Shown: positions 1-9,057 of the stretch, one piece after another
Layout: every line of letters starts with the position of its first letter
How positions within the stretch are numbered: position 1 is the first letter of the stretch
From: a virus
Taxonomy: Duplodnaviria; Caudoviricetes
IMG/VR virus record: IMGVR_UViG_3300021197_001671
Location: 1 to 52,642 of that record
Strand: one strand, 5' to 3'
DNA: 52,642 nt
Translations under genes and position numbers: made by a program
Notes under the pieces: generated by a model
Seen by the model: the letters and a program-made list of their open reading frames with translations, nothing else
Told to the model about the DNA's origin: nothing
Databases searched by the model: none

Positions 1-164
1 GTGGGGTGTATAGCAAAGAACCTACATAGGGGCACATACCCATGCATACGCGTATGACTATACAACTGTGTAAACAGTACACACATGTCTATACAACTGT
101 TTAAATAGTTCTTAATATATGATTATGGATAGACATGTTGATATACATCTGTATATGACAGGCA

Positions 165-192
165 TAAAAAAAGCACCTGTATTAGATGCTTG
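165..192 (-). terminator. Rho-independent terminator closing the leftward operon
   Basis: Minus strand reads AAGCATCT-aatac-AGGTGCTT then a T run, just downstream of the last leftward ORF. Confidence 0.65.
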
Positions 193-210
193 ATTATGTG
201 TGCATGTGTG

Positions 211-342
211 TTACTTCTTCTTCTTCCCCTTGTGTGTGTGCTGATACAGCTTAGCTATTGCATACCCACATACCACTAACGCTAATGTGTTTGGATACAT
301 TACCACTACACCCACACATGGTATAAATATGTAGTCTTCCAT
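211..342 (-). CDS. Small membrane peptide, 43 aa (not in ORF track)
   Basis: Manual translation MEDYIFIPCVGVVVMYPNTLALVVCGYAIAKLYQHTHKGKKKK; starts 2 nt after the 345..719 stop with GGGGA upstream; hydrophobic core and basic tail. Confidence 0.55.
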   Translation of the reverse strand: MEDYIFIPCVGVVVMYPNTLALVVCGYAIAKLYQHTHKGKKKK

Positions 343-344
343 AT

Positions 345-719
345 CTACACATCCCCGTTAACAGCGTTTGCATACCACATGCGCAATGCATCCGTACACA
401 CCTGATGTGCATCGCGGTTAGTACCGTCACACATGGCAACAGTACCTACAGCAACCACGCTGTATATACCAGCCATGTAGCGCCTGTACCCTACACCACG
501 CTCAATGCTTAGGTTACACTCCCTAGCGTACCAGTTAGGTGAATGCTTGCTTATATGTGAGTCAACGTCAACAGCAATACACTCACACAGCACACCATCG
601 AAATTAAATTCGTTACCTACGAAATAACTAATTACATCTGTTGTACTCATATCAGGGTTAACATAAGTACTGTAGTTATATATAGGATTCTTAAATACAA
701 CCCTCACTAAGTTACTCAT
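345..719 (-). CDS. Hypothetical protein
   Basis: 124 aa ORF, ATGA-type coupling to 716..973. Confidence 0.7.
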   Translation of the reverse strand: MSNLVRVVFKNPIYNYSTYVNPDMSTTDVISYFVGNEFNFDGVLCECIAVDVDSHISKHSPNWYARECNLSIERGVGYRRYMAGIYSVVAVGTVAMCDGTNRDAHQVCTDALRMWYANAVNGDV

Positions 720-973
720 AATATATTACCCTCATATCCTTGACACTTAGCAGCCCTCACAATCACATTGTGACCTAATGCTCTGTGATACATGCGTGAT
801 AACCTGCTTATTTCACCCGCCAATTGACGCTTAGCGTGTCTTATACTACACGCCTCTACAAGTGGCGTTTTGTGTCCTGTGACAGCGTCTAAACCTTCAC
901 CTATTACGATACAACCCCACAGTTGCACACCTGTGTTAGACGGTTGCTTAACATGCCTTATCTGATAGCTCAT
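716..973 (-). CDS. Hypothetical protein
   Basis: 85 aa ORF, 4-nt overlaps with both neighbours. Confidence 0.7.
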   Translation of the reverse strand: MSYQIRHVKQPSNTGVQLWGCIVIGEGLDAVTGHKTPLVEACSIRHAKRQLAGEISRLSRMYHRALGHNVIVRAAKCQGYEGNIL

Positions 974-1299
974 AATGTGTGACCATCTGCCTGTGTGTTG
1001 GGGGATATGAAACCATCTTCTATATTAACGATAATATGCTGTAGGTAACCGTCTAGGTCTTCACAGTGTTGGCTATATTTTATCAAGTACCTGTCATGAC
1101 CTGTTTTGATTACGTCACCATCAAACGCGACACGTTGACCGCCACTGTTGAAACTGAACTCAACACCTTTTGCCACAAGTCTAATATTAACGGTATATTC
1201 CTTATTGTTAAGTTCGAACGTGTAGTAAGGTATGATGTGTTGTTCAAGCATTTCACACCACTGTGACTTGATTAAATTAGCAATTTGATTGATTTGCAT
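970..1299 (-). CDS. Hypothetical protein
   Basis: 109 aa ORF with AAGGA upstream. Confidence 0.75.
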   Translation of the reverse strand: MQINQIANLIKSQWCEMLEQHIIPYYTFELNNKEYTVNIRLVAKGVEFSFNSGGQRVAFDGDVIKTGHDRYLIKYSQHCEDLDGYLQHIIVNIEDGFISPNTQADGHTL

Positions 1300-1529
1300 A
1301 ATATATTATTTCCTTATACTGAATGACTAATTAATATTAGATAGCACACTTATTAAAATGCGCTAGGCTGATATTAACTATCTATATCCACAATCTTTAT
1401 TTTATTAGCATAACCGTGGTATAAAAACATAGGTGTATTTGAGCTATACACAATCATGTTCCTCTCTTTCAAATCATCAAATTCAGCTTGGGACATGGTA
1501 GCGATTCCATTTGATATTTTCATAATATG

Positions 1530-2081
1530 TTATTCCCCGATTTTAACTAGTGGTAGAACGCGCATTTCACCGCCGTCATCATTAAAATATTCCATTGGTA
1601 CTTGGCGGTTAATAGGTGTGAATGTATCCATATCCTCAATAACATAGCCGCACTCTGTACGCATGTTATTCACTGGGCAAATATGCTTGTAGAACTCAAC
1701 GCCCCATATAACCCAGTGACCATTATGTAACACTCGTTTTGTACACTTGTACTGTGCACCAGCAAGAACGGCCTTCCCGTCGAACGTCGCCAAAAATCTG
1801 TTAATCGCCACCCTGCCTGTAAAACCGCGTTTGATTGTAATTACACGCTTATCTACTTTGCACACTTTCTTGATGGTGAATTCTTTCGGTTCACGTTTAC
1901 CTTTGGAATCTTCGAACACACTCGATTCAATGAACAGTAATGAACCGTCGTCACTACACCGCCCAAGTACGGAGGTAATCACAGCATTAAACATCGATGA
2001 CGACTCTATATACCTTTTAGCGGCCTTGTTACCTTGTACCTGTGCTATCTCTGTGAATACCGTTGAAGTTGTACCATTCAT
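1530..2081 (-). CDS. Hypothetical protein
   Basis: 183 aa ORF packed behind 2088..2759, GAAGGA RBS. Confidence 0.75.
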   Translation of the reverse strand: MNGTTSTVFTEIAQVQGNKAAKRYIESSSMFNAVITSVLGRCSDDGSLLFIESSVFEDSKGKREPKEFTIKKVCKVDKRVITIKRGFTGRVAINRFLATFDGKAVLAGAQYKCTKRVLHNGHWVIWGVEFYKHICPVNNMRTECGYVIEDMDTFTPINRQVPMEYFNDDGGEMRVLPLVKIGE

Positions 2082-2087
2082 AATATA

Positions 2088-2759
2088 TTATCCTTCTACT
2101 AATGTTTTGGCTGTTGATAGTTCACGGTTCATGTCAACAATTTCACGTTCGATTCTAATAATGTCTTTAGCTGCCTGTTTGATTTCAGCACCCGTCACAC
2201 GCGGTGGTTGGTTGTTCTCTGGTACGATTACATCATCACCAACGTTATAAACGTAACACTCTGTACGCCATGCCGCGTGTGGTATATCACCTGCATTGTC
2301 AACGATACCGCGCTCATATGATTTGCTTATTTTAAGCACATAGTAATTACGCTCATTGTAATAACACGACACAGCAGAGCGCCCCCACAACCTACGCAAT
2401 TTGTCAATAATATCATTCAGCTTTAATTGGTCACGCTTATATAGACGCCCGTCGTCTTTGATTTTTACGCCCGATGTAAAGAACTCAACCAGTAGTGGGT
2501 ATGCTGCGTCGTACACACCAGCGGCATATGTAATTGCCTTCGCTCTGTTCTCATATTGACAGAATTCACCATCATGAACAGCAATCAAACGCAAATCTGA
2601 CAACATGCGTATTGTGTCGTCCTCTCTAATAGTTTTACCCACGGAGAAAGTGTTAGTTGTCAAATGGTCAATCATTTCTAGCGCACTCATACCCTGTTGC
2701 GCCATAAGGTCACGCATACCCTGAACTGATGCTCTGCGACGTTCTGTGAATTTAGACAT
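2088..2759 (-). CDS. Hypothetical protein
   Basis: 223 aa ORF, AAAGGA RBS, coiled-coil-like C-terminus. Confidence 0.8.
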   Translation of the reverse strand: MSKFTERRRASVQGMRDLMAQQGMSALEMIDHLTTNTFSVGKTIREDDTIRMLSDLRLIAVHDGEFCQYENRAKAITYAAGVYDAAYPLLVEFFTSGVKIKDDGRLYKRDQLKLNDIIDKLRRLWGRSAVSCYYNERNYYVLKISKSYERGIVDNAGDIPHAAWRTECYVYNVGDDVIVPENNQPPRVTGAEIKQAAKDIIRIEREIVDMNRELSTAKTLVEG

Positions 2760-2858
2760 GATAATTCCTTTCTTATAGTGGTAGCGCGTGACCTAGTGCC
2801 GCGCCACCTATTGCTAATAGTAATAAATAGATTGTTGTGTACGCTAGTTTGCGCACCA

Positions 2859-3092
2859 TTAGTCGATACTCATTTGACATGTGTAACCAAACTCAATTTT
2901 ATATTGCTTGTCGAAGTTGGCCTGTTCACGCTTTGGTAAATCAGCCCATACATCACACATTGCATCATAACGATTGATAGCAGCGGCTTTGTGCTCAGTT
3001 TCACTGTCGACATAGTTTGTCACATAATAACGGTCGTGCTTTATCAAGCGGTTAATCATGGCCTGATACTTTGGGTTAATTGCCTTGTACAT
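2859..3092 (-). CDS. Hypothetical protein
   Basis: 77 aa ORF in the same operon. Confidence 0.7.
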   Translation of the reverse strand: MYKAINPKYQAMINRLIKHDRYYVTNYVDSETEHKAAAINRYDAMCDVWADLPKREQANFDKQYKIEFGYTCQMSID

Positions 3093-3095
3093 AAT

Positions 3096-3260
3096 CTAGC
3101 CCGCCTTTGCATAAGTGATAAGAGTTGCAGCAACTAGCGATAACATACCTAGACCACCCGCGTCTAACATTAGTGATATATCATTGTTGCCCATACCTAA
3201 CGCGAAACCAAGGAAACAAAACATACCTACAAGCACTAACAAGTTTCTGACTAACAACAT
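3096..3260 (-). CDS. Small two-helix membrane protein, 54 aa (not in ORF track)
   Basis: Manual translation MLLVRNLLVLVGMFCFLGFALGMGNNDISLMLDAGGLGMLSLVAATLITYAKAG; first ORF after the leftward promoter; stops 3 nt before the next ATG. Confidence 0.65.
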   Translation of the reverse strand: MLLVRNLLVLVGMFCFLGFALGMGNNDISLMLDAGGLGMLSLVAATLITYAKAG

Positions 3261-3301
3261 ACCCAACCCCTTAACAAAGTGTTTAACTAACCGATGCGTT
3301 A

Positions 3302-3330
3302 ACTATAGCAACACTGTTTAAACAGTGCAA
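3302..3330 (-). promoter_or_regulatory. Leftward sigma70 promoter with operator palindrome in the spacer
   Basis: TTGCAC-17 nt-TATAGT (extended TGnTATAGT); ACTGTTTAAACAGT at 3313-3326. Confidence 0.7.
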
Positions 3331-3628
3331 CAAATATCTATATTTATTTCACATTTATTTAACTGTTCAAATAGTACACACGCTAATGTCACATGTAAAG
3401 GAACGCGTGCACACACGTAGCAAACACCATGCCATTATTACTATTCAAATAGTTGACTAAATCGCGGTATTCGACAAACGCATACCCTGACATAGTACGA
3501 TGACACCACCGATGTTTAACACCACACAGAGCCATACAGAGCGTTTTAGCTATCACCCCCACTATTATAACAGTGTTGACAACATCACCGTAATGTGACT
3601 GTTCAAATAGTAGTGCATACTTATTCAC

Positions 3629-3782
3629 TGTACACCTGTGTAGTGCTCTGGTTGTGTGTACAGTTGTGTAGTGCTCTGAATGTGTGTACACCTGTGTAGT
3701 GCTCTGGTTGCATAGACACCTGTGTAGTGCTCTGGCTGTGTGTACAGTTGTGTAGTGCTCTGGTTGTGTAGACAGTTGTATA
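3629..3782. repeat. Five tandem 28-bp repeats
   Basis: Invariant core TGTGTAGTGCTCTG at 3637, 3665, 3693, 3721, 3749 (exact 28-nt period). Confidence 0.95.
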
Positions 3783-3919
3783 ATTGGTTTTCCGCAATAA
3801 TTGGTTGACTGAGTACCTGTGAAATAAAATAGCTGAACCAACTCTCTTGCTTTAATGGGACTGTGTAGATTCGCCATCTTTAATGGGTAAGGTTCGATTC
3901 GCCATGCTTTTTTAATCCC

Positions 3920-4310
3920 GTGACACAAAAATGACACAACGACGTTTGTAAGTGCTTGATTTTAAAGGGCGTGACACAAGGGTGACACAAATATGACACA
4001 ACGTTTCTAGCGTAAGTCATTGATATTACTATATTCTTTACTGTAAAGTGACACTTCTATAATTTTTAAAAGAGTTTAAGATAATAGTAATAATATATAC
4101 ACAGCCCATACAGCCCATACAGCCCACATCACCATACACAGAGAATAAAACCCAAAACTGTTGAAACGCGATATTTGTGTCATTTGCGTCATTCCCCTTG
4201 GTTTTCAAGCACTTACAGCGTCATTTTAGTGTCATCGTTGTGTCACGTTGTGTCAAGTTTGATTTTATTTGGTTCGGTATCAATGACTTACGCGATATTC
4301 ATTGTGTCAC
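3920..4310. other. Putative replication origin: inverted TGACAC arrays plus IHF sites around an AT-rich core
   Basis: TGACAC at 3921, 3932, 3972, 3983, 3994, 4049; GTGTCA at 4177, 4229, 4240, 4250, 4304; WATCAANNNNTTR-type sites near 3949, 4013, 4203 and 4278; AT-rich 4055-4100; CAGCCCA x3 near 4102-4126. Confidence 0.6.
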
Positions 4311-4330
4311 GATTAATTTATCAGACACTG

Positions 4331-4380
4331 TTGACACTACTGTTATAACACTGCTATAGTCCACTCACTGTTACAACACT
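4331..4380 (+). promoter_or_regulatory. Rightward sigma70 promoter with two operator palindromes
   Basis: TTGACA 4331, TATAGT 4355 (TGn extension); ACTGTTATAACACT 4339-4352 and ACTGTTACAACACT 4367-4380. Confidence 0.75.
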
Positions 4381-4402
4381 TACTAACCAACGGGGAATTA
4401 AG

Positions 4403-5689
4403 ATGAGTAAAGAACTAAAGACTGTGCCAGCAGATGCTAAGGGTTTAATCGCGGTGTTCTGTGGCTTCAGGTTGTCGAAATGCACATTAGTTGAGTCTGA
4501 TACTGTAAAGGGTTGCAAGTTGTATTATGAACTACTGCATGAGTGTGAGTTAGAGACAATAGTGTCAGCAACAAACTATAACACGGCTATCTCTAAGCAA
4601 GTTGTAGCACAATTAGCACTTGGGGTCGGACAAACCAAGCAGGAGGGGGTATTCGAGGCGACGCCTAATACTAACGAGGAGGCGGGGGTATCCTCTAAGA
4701 TAGGTCAGCGACATGACACCATTATTGAGGTATGTAAGGCAACACTAGGTAACTGGCGGGGTGTTTTGTCCATGTGTCCACGTTTCTCACACACAGGAGA
4801 CACCCACTATCACAGAGGTATAACGTTCAACAAGGCGGAGTATATTGCACACGATAAGTATCGTACAAAGACTAGACGTGCAGTTAAGATTCTACCACTT
4901 GATGTGAAGGTTACACTACGTGATATTATAGAGCATGCTGCTGGTGATATCGGTATCCATCCGTTCGAACTGTACAACCAATATAATATGAAGTTCTATA
5001 GTTATAGTTCCGCACACGACACCGTCACGAAGATAAACTTTGCCAGTGATGAGTGCACATACTCGGTCGAATTCAGTGACGGGTTTGTGACAGTCACGAA
5101 GAATATTGTAGGCACCAGACGTGTGGACGTATCGAGCATATCATCAATGCGTGTCAAAGATGCATTCAAGAAACCTAAACCTGTTCTTACAATGGATGTA
5201 AATGAGTGGGCTCATACAGTCTACAACCCATCTAACATCGAGTTCGGTGATGTCGCACCAATCCCGCCCGTAAAGGAAGAGAGTGCAGAGGGCGATAAAA
5301 GTCTCAGTCGTGATGATGCTGGTGCACTACTCGTTACGGCCTACCCGACATGGGGTGCAGCGTATCAATGTGCAACCACAGGTATGCGACCACACCCAAG
5401 CGTGATGAATGTTCACGTGAAGTTCGTCACCTATGGCGGTCATGATTTCACAAAAGATGAGTTCGAGCGTTACAAGTGGCTTAGGGTGATGCGTGAGGGT
5501 AATGTTGATTATCAGACAGACATTGCAATATTCAAACAAGCGTCTGAGGCGTGGAACGGTCGCACGGAGTGTGTGAGAGCTTGGGCTGATACTTGCGACG
5601 TTATTAACGAAATACTCAAGTATCATGTAGTTAAAACTGACGGTGCTGGTAATGTTTCACTCGTACCACTAATTCAAGACGGTAAGTAA
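4403..5689 (+). CDS. Hypothetical protein, first gene after the putative origin
   Basis: 428 aa ORF with GGGGA RBS; no motif recognised. Confidence 0.85.
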   Translation: MSKELKTVPADAKGLIAVFCGFRLSKCTLVESDTVKGCKLYYELLHECELETIVSATNYNTAISKQVVAQLALGVGQTKQEGVFEATPNTNEEAGVSSKIGQRHDTIIEVCKATLGNWRGVLSMCPRFSHTGDTHYHRGITFNKAEYIAHDKYRTKTRRAVKILPLDVKVTLRDIIEHAAGDIGIHPFELYNQYNMKFYSYSSAHDTVTKINFASDECTYSVEFSDGFVTVTKNIVGTRRVDVSSISSMRVKDAFKKPKPVLTMDVNEWAHTVYNPSNIEFGDVAPIPPVKEESAEGDKSLSRDDAGALLVTAYPTWGAAYQCATTGMRPHPSVMNVHVKFVTYGGHDFTKDEFERYKWLRVMREGNVDYQTDIAIFKQASEAWNGRTECVRAWADTCDVINEILKYHVVKTDGAGNVSLVPLIQDGK

Positions 5690-5715
5690 AGGTAAGAGAG
5701 TAGAGGGGTAGTAAG

Positions 5716-6039
5716 ATGTCTTCAATTGAAATGATTGCTTTGAACCAACGGGTACGCATTGCCAACAAGGAGCGTGACGAACTGGCGAGCCTAGTCAAGA
5801 GATTAAAGGCTGACTTGGCGATTGCTCAAGAGAGTGGTTTCGATGTCAACCAAGACTACAAGGCACTTACTGCCCCTCAGATAGATTGTGCGTATGACGG
5901 CTTTACAGCAGGTTACAATGCGGGTAGAGCGTCACGAAGTAAGACCACGAATGTTGTGACACAACGTCGCCATTACATAAATCAACTAACGAAGGGGCAG
6001 AAGGTATGCCACATAAATCAACAAGCGAAGGGGAAATAG
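5716..6039 (+). CDS. Hypothetical coiled-coil protein
   Basis: 107 aa ORF, GAGGGG RBS. Confidence 0.8.
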   Translation: MSSIEMIALNQRVRIANKERDELASLVKRLKADLAIAQESGFDVNQDYKALTAPQIDCAYDGFTAGYNAGRASRSKTTNVVTQRRHYINQLTKGQKVCHINQQAKGK

Positions 6040-6041
6040 AA

Positions 6042-7595
6042 ATGTCAAATGATTACAGAGAAATAAAAATACCGATGGGACTTGAATCTCAACATCTTGC
6101 TCAGGGTCTAACGCTCGTATCAGCCCAAGCCCGACACGTATGTAGTGATAAGCACGTGTTCTGTGCTGGTGACATGGTTGAGATTGTGAATTACTATGAG
6201 TCAATTGTGAATCGTGCCAGAAATCTATCACCCGTTGAACAGGAACACGCTGAGTTCGTCAGCTTTCTAACTGAACAGGGGGTCATTGTTAACCCGCGTC
6301 AGGAGGACTCACTCATTGACCTGTGGAAAGCGCATTGTCTGTTAGCACCGAAGTCAGATGCACCAGTAACCAAGCAGTCCAAGTACGGTCTTGACAACTT
6401 GTACTTTGACCCCGCGTCAGGTAAGCACGGTTATGTCACGGGTTTCGACATGGACGACGGCTGCTGCGGTTACATGACTGTTACCGATGCAGATGACCAC
6501 ACAGGTGAGATTGTATCTGTCGACACAACGATGCTTGTACCATCATCACATGTGGCACCAGTAATACCATCACCAGTACCAGCATTTGACGACAACAGTG
6601 TGCAGGGTGGTGCAATATTCCAACATATTGAGACTGGTACCCATGTGGTCATACACCACGTTGATGATGCCGAGGAAGCAACAATCATCAATTTCGCACA
6701 CATTGGTAATGGACTCAAAAGTTCGCGTAAATTGTACAATTTCCGAAAAGAGTTCACCCTCAATATTCGTGCACCGAAGTCAGATGAACCAACGCCAGCA
6801 GCACCAGCAGCGCCAGCAGCAGCATTGCCAGTACCATCAGGTGTTGAGTTCTGCGACAAGGCAATATCGTCAATGTGGGTGACACTCAATAAAATGTTGG
6901 AGCATGTGAACATGCCTCACGATACTGCGTGTATTGAACATGTATCCAGACATTCGGTGATGTCTCGATATGAGCTGATAATCAACGCACTTGGTCAAGT
7001 TGATAACTGGTGTAATGGTCAAATTATTGCGAAACCTCAGCCCATCTCGATTCCAGTACACCAGATTAACTCACTACTTGTATCGAATGGCTATGCTTCC
7101 AATTCAACGTCTAAGGGCGATTTATTACAGGCGTTATCGAATGCTGTAATGACACGTCATTGGAAGGAGTCGGCTGAGCGTATAGTAGAGGTCACATCCC
7201 AACTACATTTGTTACTCAGTACTGACCCTCACTTTAAAGGTGAGTTCGCTGTTAACGGGTGTGATAGTGCCACAACAATCAGTGAGGCGATTCGTCACAT
7301 TACTAACCTCACCCTGTCCCATCAACTAGCTAATGAGTATCAGGTTGAGGTGTTGGAGTTGATGCGTCGATACGACCTCAGAAATAGTGACTATGATGAG
7401 GCTTGTACGGTCACACTTAACGATATAATTGTTGAGTATGGTCAAGACCAGCGTGCAGCGGGTCAAGTCAGCTCACAAGAGACAATCGGGTCAGAGTGGT
7501 CAAAGGTTTATCGTACTGTCTTCGAGACAATAGCTGACCATGATTGTGCTGTCAGTGAGGCCGATTCGTTCACAAGTACATTTAACGCAAAATAA
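6042..7595 (+). CDS. Hypothetical multi-domain protein with Pro/Ala linkers
   Basis: ATG 6042 after AAGGGG is the likely start (ORF track begins 6006); APKSD occurs twice; PAAPAAPAAA linker. Confidence 0.8.
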   Translation: MSNDYREIKIPMGLESQHLAQGLTLVSAQARHVCSDKHVFCAGDMVEIVNYYESIVNRARNLSPVEQEHAEFVSFLTEQGVIVNPRQEDSLIDLWKAHCLLAPKSDAPVTKQSKYGLDNLYFDPASGKHGYVTGFDMDDGCCGYMTVTDADDHTGEIVSVDTTMLVPSSHVAPVIPSPVPAFDDNSVQGGAIFQHIETGTHVVIHHVDDAEEATIINFAHIGNGLKSSRKLYNFRKEFTLNIRAPKSDEPTPAAPAAPAAALPVPSGVEFCDKAISSMWVTLNKMLEHVNMPHDTACIEHVSRHSVMSRYELIINALGQVDNWCNGQIIAKPQPISIPVHQINSLLVSNGYASNSTSKGDLLQALSNAVMTRHWKESAERIVEVTSQLHLLLSTDPHFKGEFAVNGCDSATTISEAIRHITNLTLSHQLANEYQVEVLELMRRYDLRNSDYDEACTVTLNDIIVEYGQDQRAAGQVSSQETIGSEWSKVYRTVFETIADHDCAVSEADSFTSTFNAK

Positions 7596-7638
7596 CTGTT
7601 GCAATAGTTAATCAAGTCCTCTACACTGTTCCAACAGT
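7595..7638 (+). promoter_or_regulatory. Promoter of the ParB-like gene, covered by two operator palindromes
   Basis: TTGCAA 7599-17 nt-TACACT 7622; ACTGTTGCAATAGT 7595-7608 and ACTGTTCCAACAGT 7625-7638. Confidence 0.7.
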
Positions 7639-7680
7639 TAGGGGATTTTCCCGTTTTAATCAAACCAAGTGGGGTGTTTC

Positions 7681-8559
7681 ATGAGTACATTAGGTCAGGC
7701 ATACAAGAGTAAGGAAAAGGGTGATACGTCAATCACTACGTCTAAGGGTTACATGGTAGCGGTCGAGAAACTGTTCATCGAGGATGGTTTCAATGTCCGT
7801 GACGTCACCGACGAAAAGGGTCAGGAGTCAGTTGCATACTTCGCAGATGCATATGCGGCATGTGAGTACGTACCACCACTTGTTGTTAAGTACAACGCTG
7901 ACCGTGACCAATTTCAAATCATCGATGGTCATCACCGCTACATGGGTGCGCTCAAGGCTGGTGTTGCACGTCTATCTGTTGATGACTTCAAGGGTTCACT
8001 TGAGGATGCTATTGCGTTCATGGTCACATCTTCACAAGGTCGTCAACTCAGTGCTGTTGAGCGTGGTGAGGCATACATCCGACTACGTGCGTTTGGTTAC
8101 ACAATGGATGAGATTGCGAAGAAATGTAGTCGCTCGAAAGCTGACGTCGTTAATCACCTGAACATGATGGAGCAGGACAAGGACACCATTCAGGCTGTTG
8201 CCGATGGCATCATTACGATGAATGAGGTTAATGAGGTCACACGTGCTAACCCGCTCAAAGGTAACGCAATCATTAAGACTGCTGTTGAGAATGCCAAGGA
8301 GAAGGTGGCACCAGCTAAGACCATCGCACAAGACATACTGGGTGACATTCCGCAAGCCACCGAGACTACCAAGAAACCAACTAAGCCCAAGAAAGCAAAG
8401 GTGAGCGCGGCTGACCTTGGACGATGGACTAACACAATGTCTAAGCGCCTGTGTCAGCTCACGTATGACCCTGACGTCAATCATGATGACAATGGTATTA
8501 AGGCTGAGAAAGCTGACCTCATCAGCTCGTACGCAAAGCACTTGGAACTTAAGGGGTAA
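7681..8559 (+). CDS. ParB/Spo0J-like protein (ParB N-terminal domain plus HTH)
   Basis: FNVR box, IIDGHHRYMGA (GxxRxxA), LSAVERGEAY..GYTMDEIAKKCSRSKADVVNHL helix-turn-helix. Confidence 0.85.
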   Translation: MSTLGQAYKSKEKGDTSITTSKGYMVAVEKLFIEDGFNVRDVTDEKGQESVAYFADAYAACEYVPPLVVKYNADRDQFQIIDGHHRYMGALKAGVARLSVDDFKGSLEDAIAFMVTSSQGRQLSAVERGEAYIRLRAFGYTMDEIAKKCSRSKADVVNHLNMMEQDKDTIQAVADGIITMNEVNEVTRANPLKGNAIIKTAVENAKEKVAPAKTIAQDILGDIPQATETTKKPTKPKKAKVSAADLGRWTNTMSKRLCQLTYDPDVNHDDNGIKAEKADLISSYAKHLELKG

Positions 8560-8564
8560 ATCAC

Positions 8565-8849
8565 ATGGCTACTCCAATCACGCTCACAGGTTGGTTCAGG
8601 GTATTACGTGTCACACCGAGCAGTAGTGGTCGTGATGGTCTCCAACACATTGACATCAGGTACTTTCACGACCGTAGTGTTGAGACAATGGCTATCAGTA
8701 AGTACGCAATGCTTGTCGGTGCTAACGGTATCACCGCCATACCTTGCGTAACACTGGATGTCGGTGAATGGTATCGTGCTTGCATACGCACCAGCCCTAT
8801 GCACGGTAGGTACATACAGAACGTACAGGAGTCACCGCGAAATGCTTAA
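8565..8849 (+). CDS. Hypothetical protein
   Basis: 94 aa, AAGGGG RBS. Confidence 0.7.
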   Translation: MATPITLTGWFRVLRVTPSSSGRDGLQHIDIRYFHDRSVETMAISKYAMLVGANGITAIPCVTLDVGEWYRACIRTSPMHGRYIQNVQESPRNA

Positions 8850-9057
8850 TAAAATAGTGATGTTCACAGTGGTGACAAACCACTATTCTCCTCGGTGTGT
8901 TGATGTCGTTGGTACAAATGTCGGTGAGTTCTCGTGTAGAGTTCACGACAGCGTCAACAGGTTGAAATTGAACACCGAGTACACAGGGGTAATCAAGTTC
9001 ACACGTGACTACCCTAATGGTATTTTAACAACAGCAGGTGAGGTTCAGGATGATTGA
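8842..9057 (+). CDS. Hypothetical protein
   Basis: ATG 8842 after AGGAG, overlapping the previous stop. Confidence 0.65.
   Translation: MLNKIVMFTVVTNHYSPRCVDVVGTNVGEFSCRVHDSVNRLKLNTEYTGVIKFTRDYPNGILTTAGEVQDD

Noticed and set aside
1374-1523. Possible frameshifted ~50 aa gene or TAG readthrough (MKISNG...)
   Set aside because: Both pieces are about 25 codons; TAG acts as a normal stop elsewhere, so there is no support for recoding.
3629-3782. 28-bp repeats as a mini CRISPR array
   Set aside because: The intervening segments are only 14 nt and nearly identical; there are no unique spacers and no cas operon (the Cas4-like gene sits in a replication context).
3389-3937. 182 aa minus-strand ORF
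   Set aside because: Runs through the tandem repeats and operator sites with repeat-derived sequence and no clear RBS; probably non-coding.
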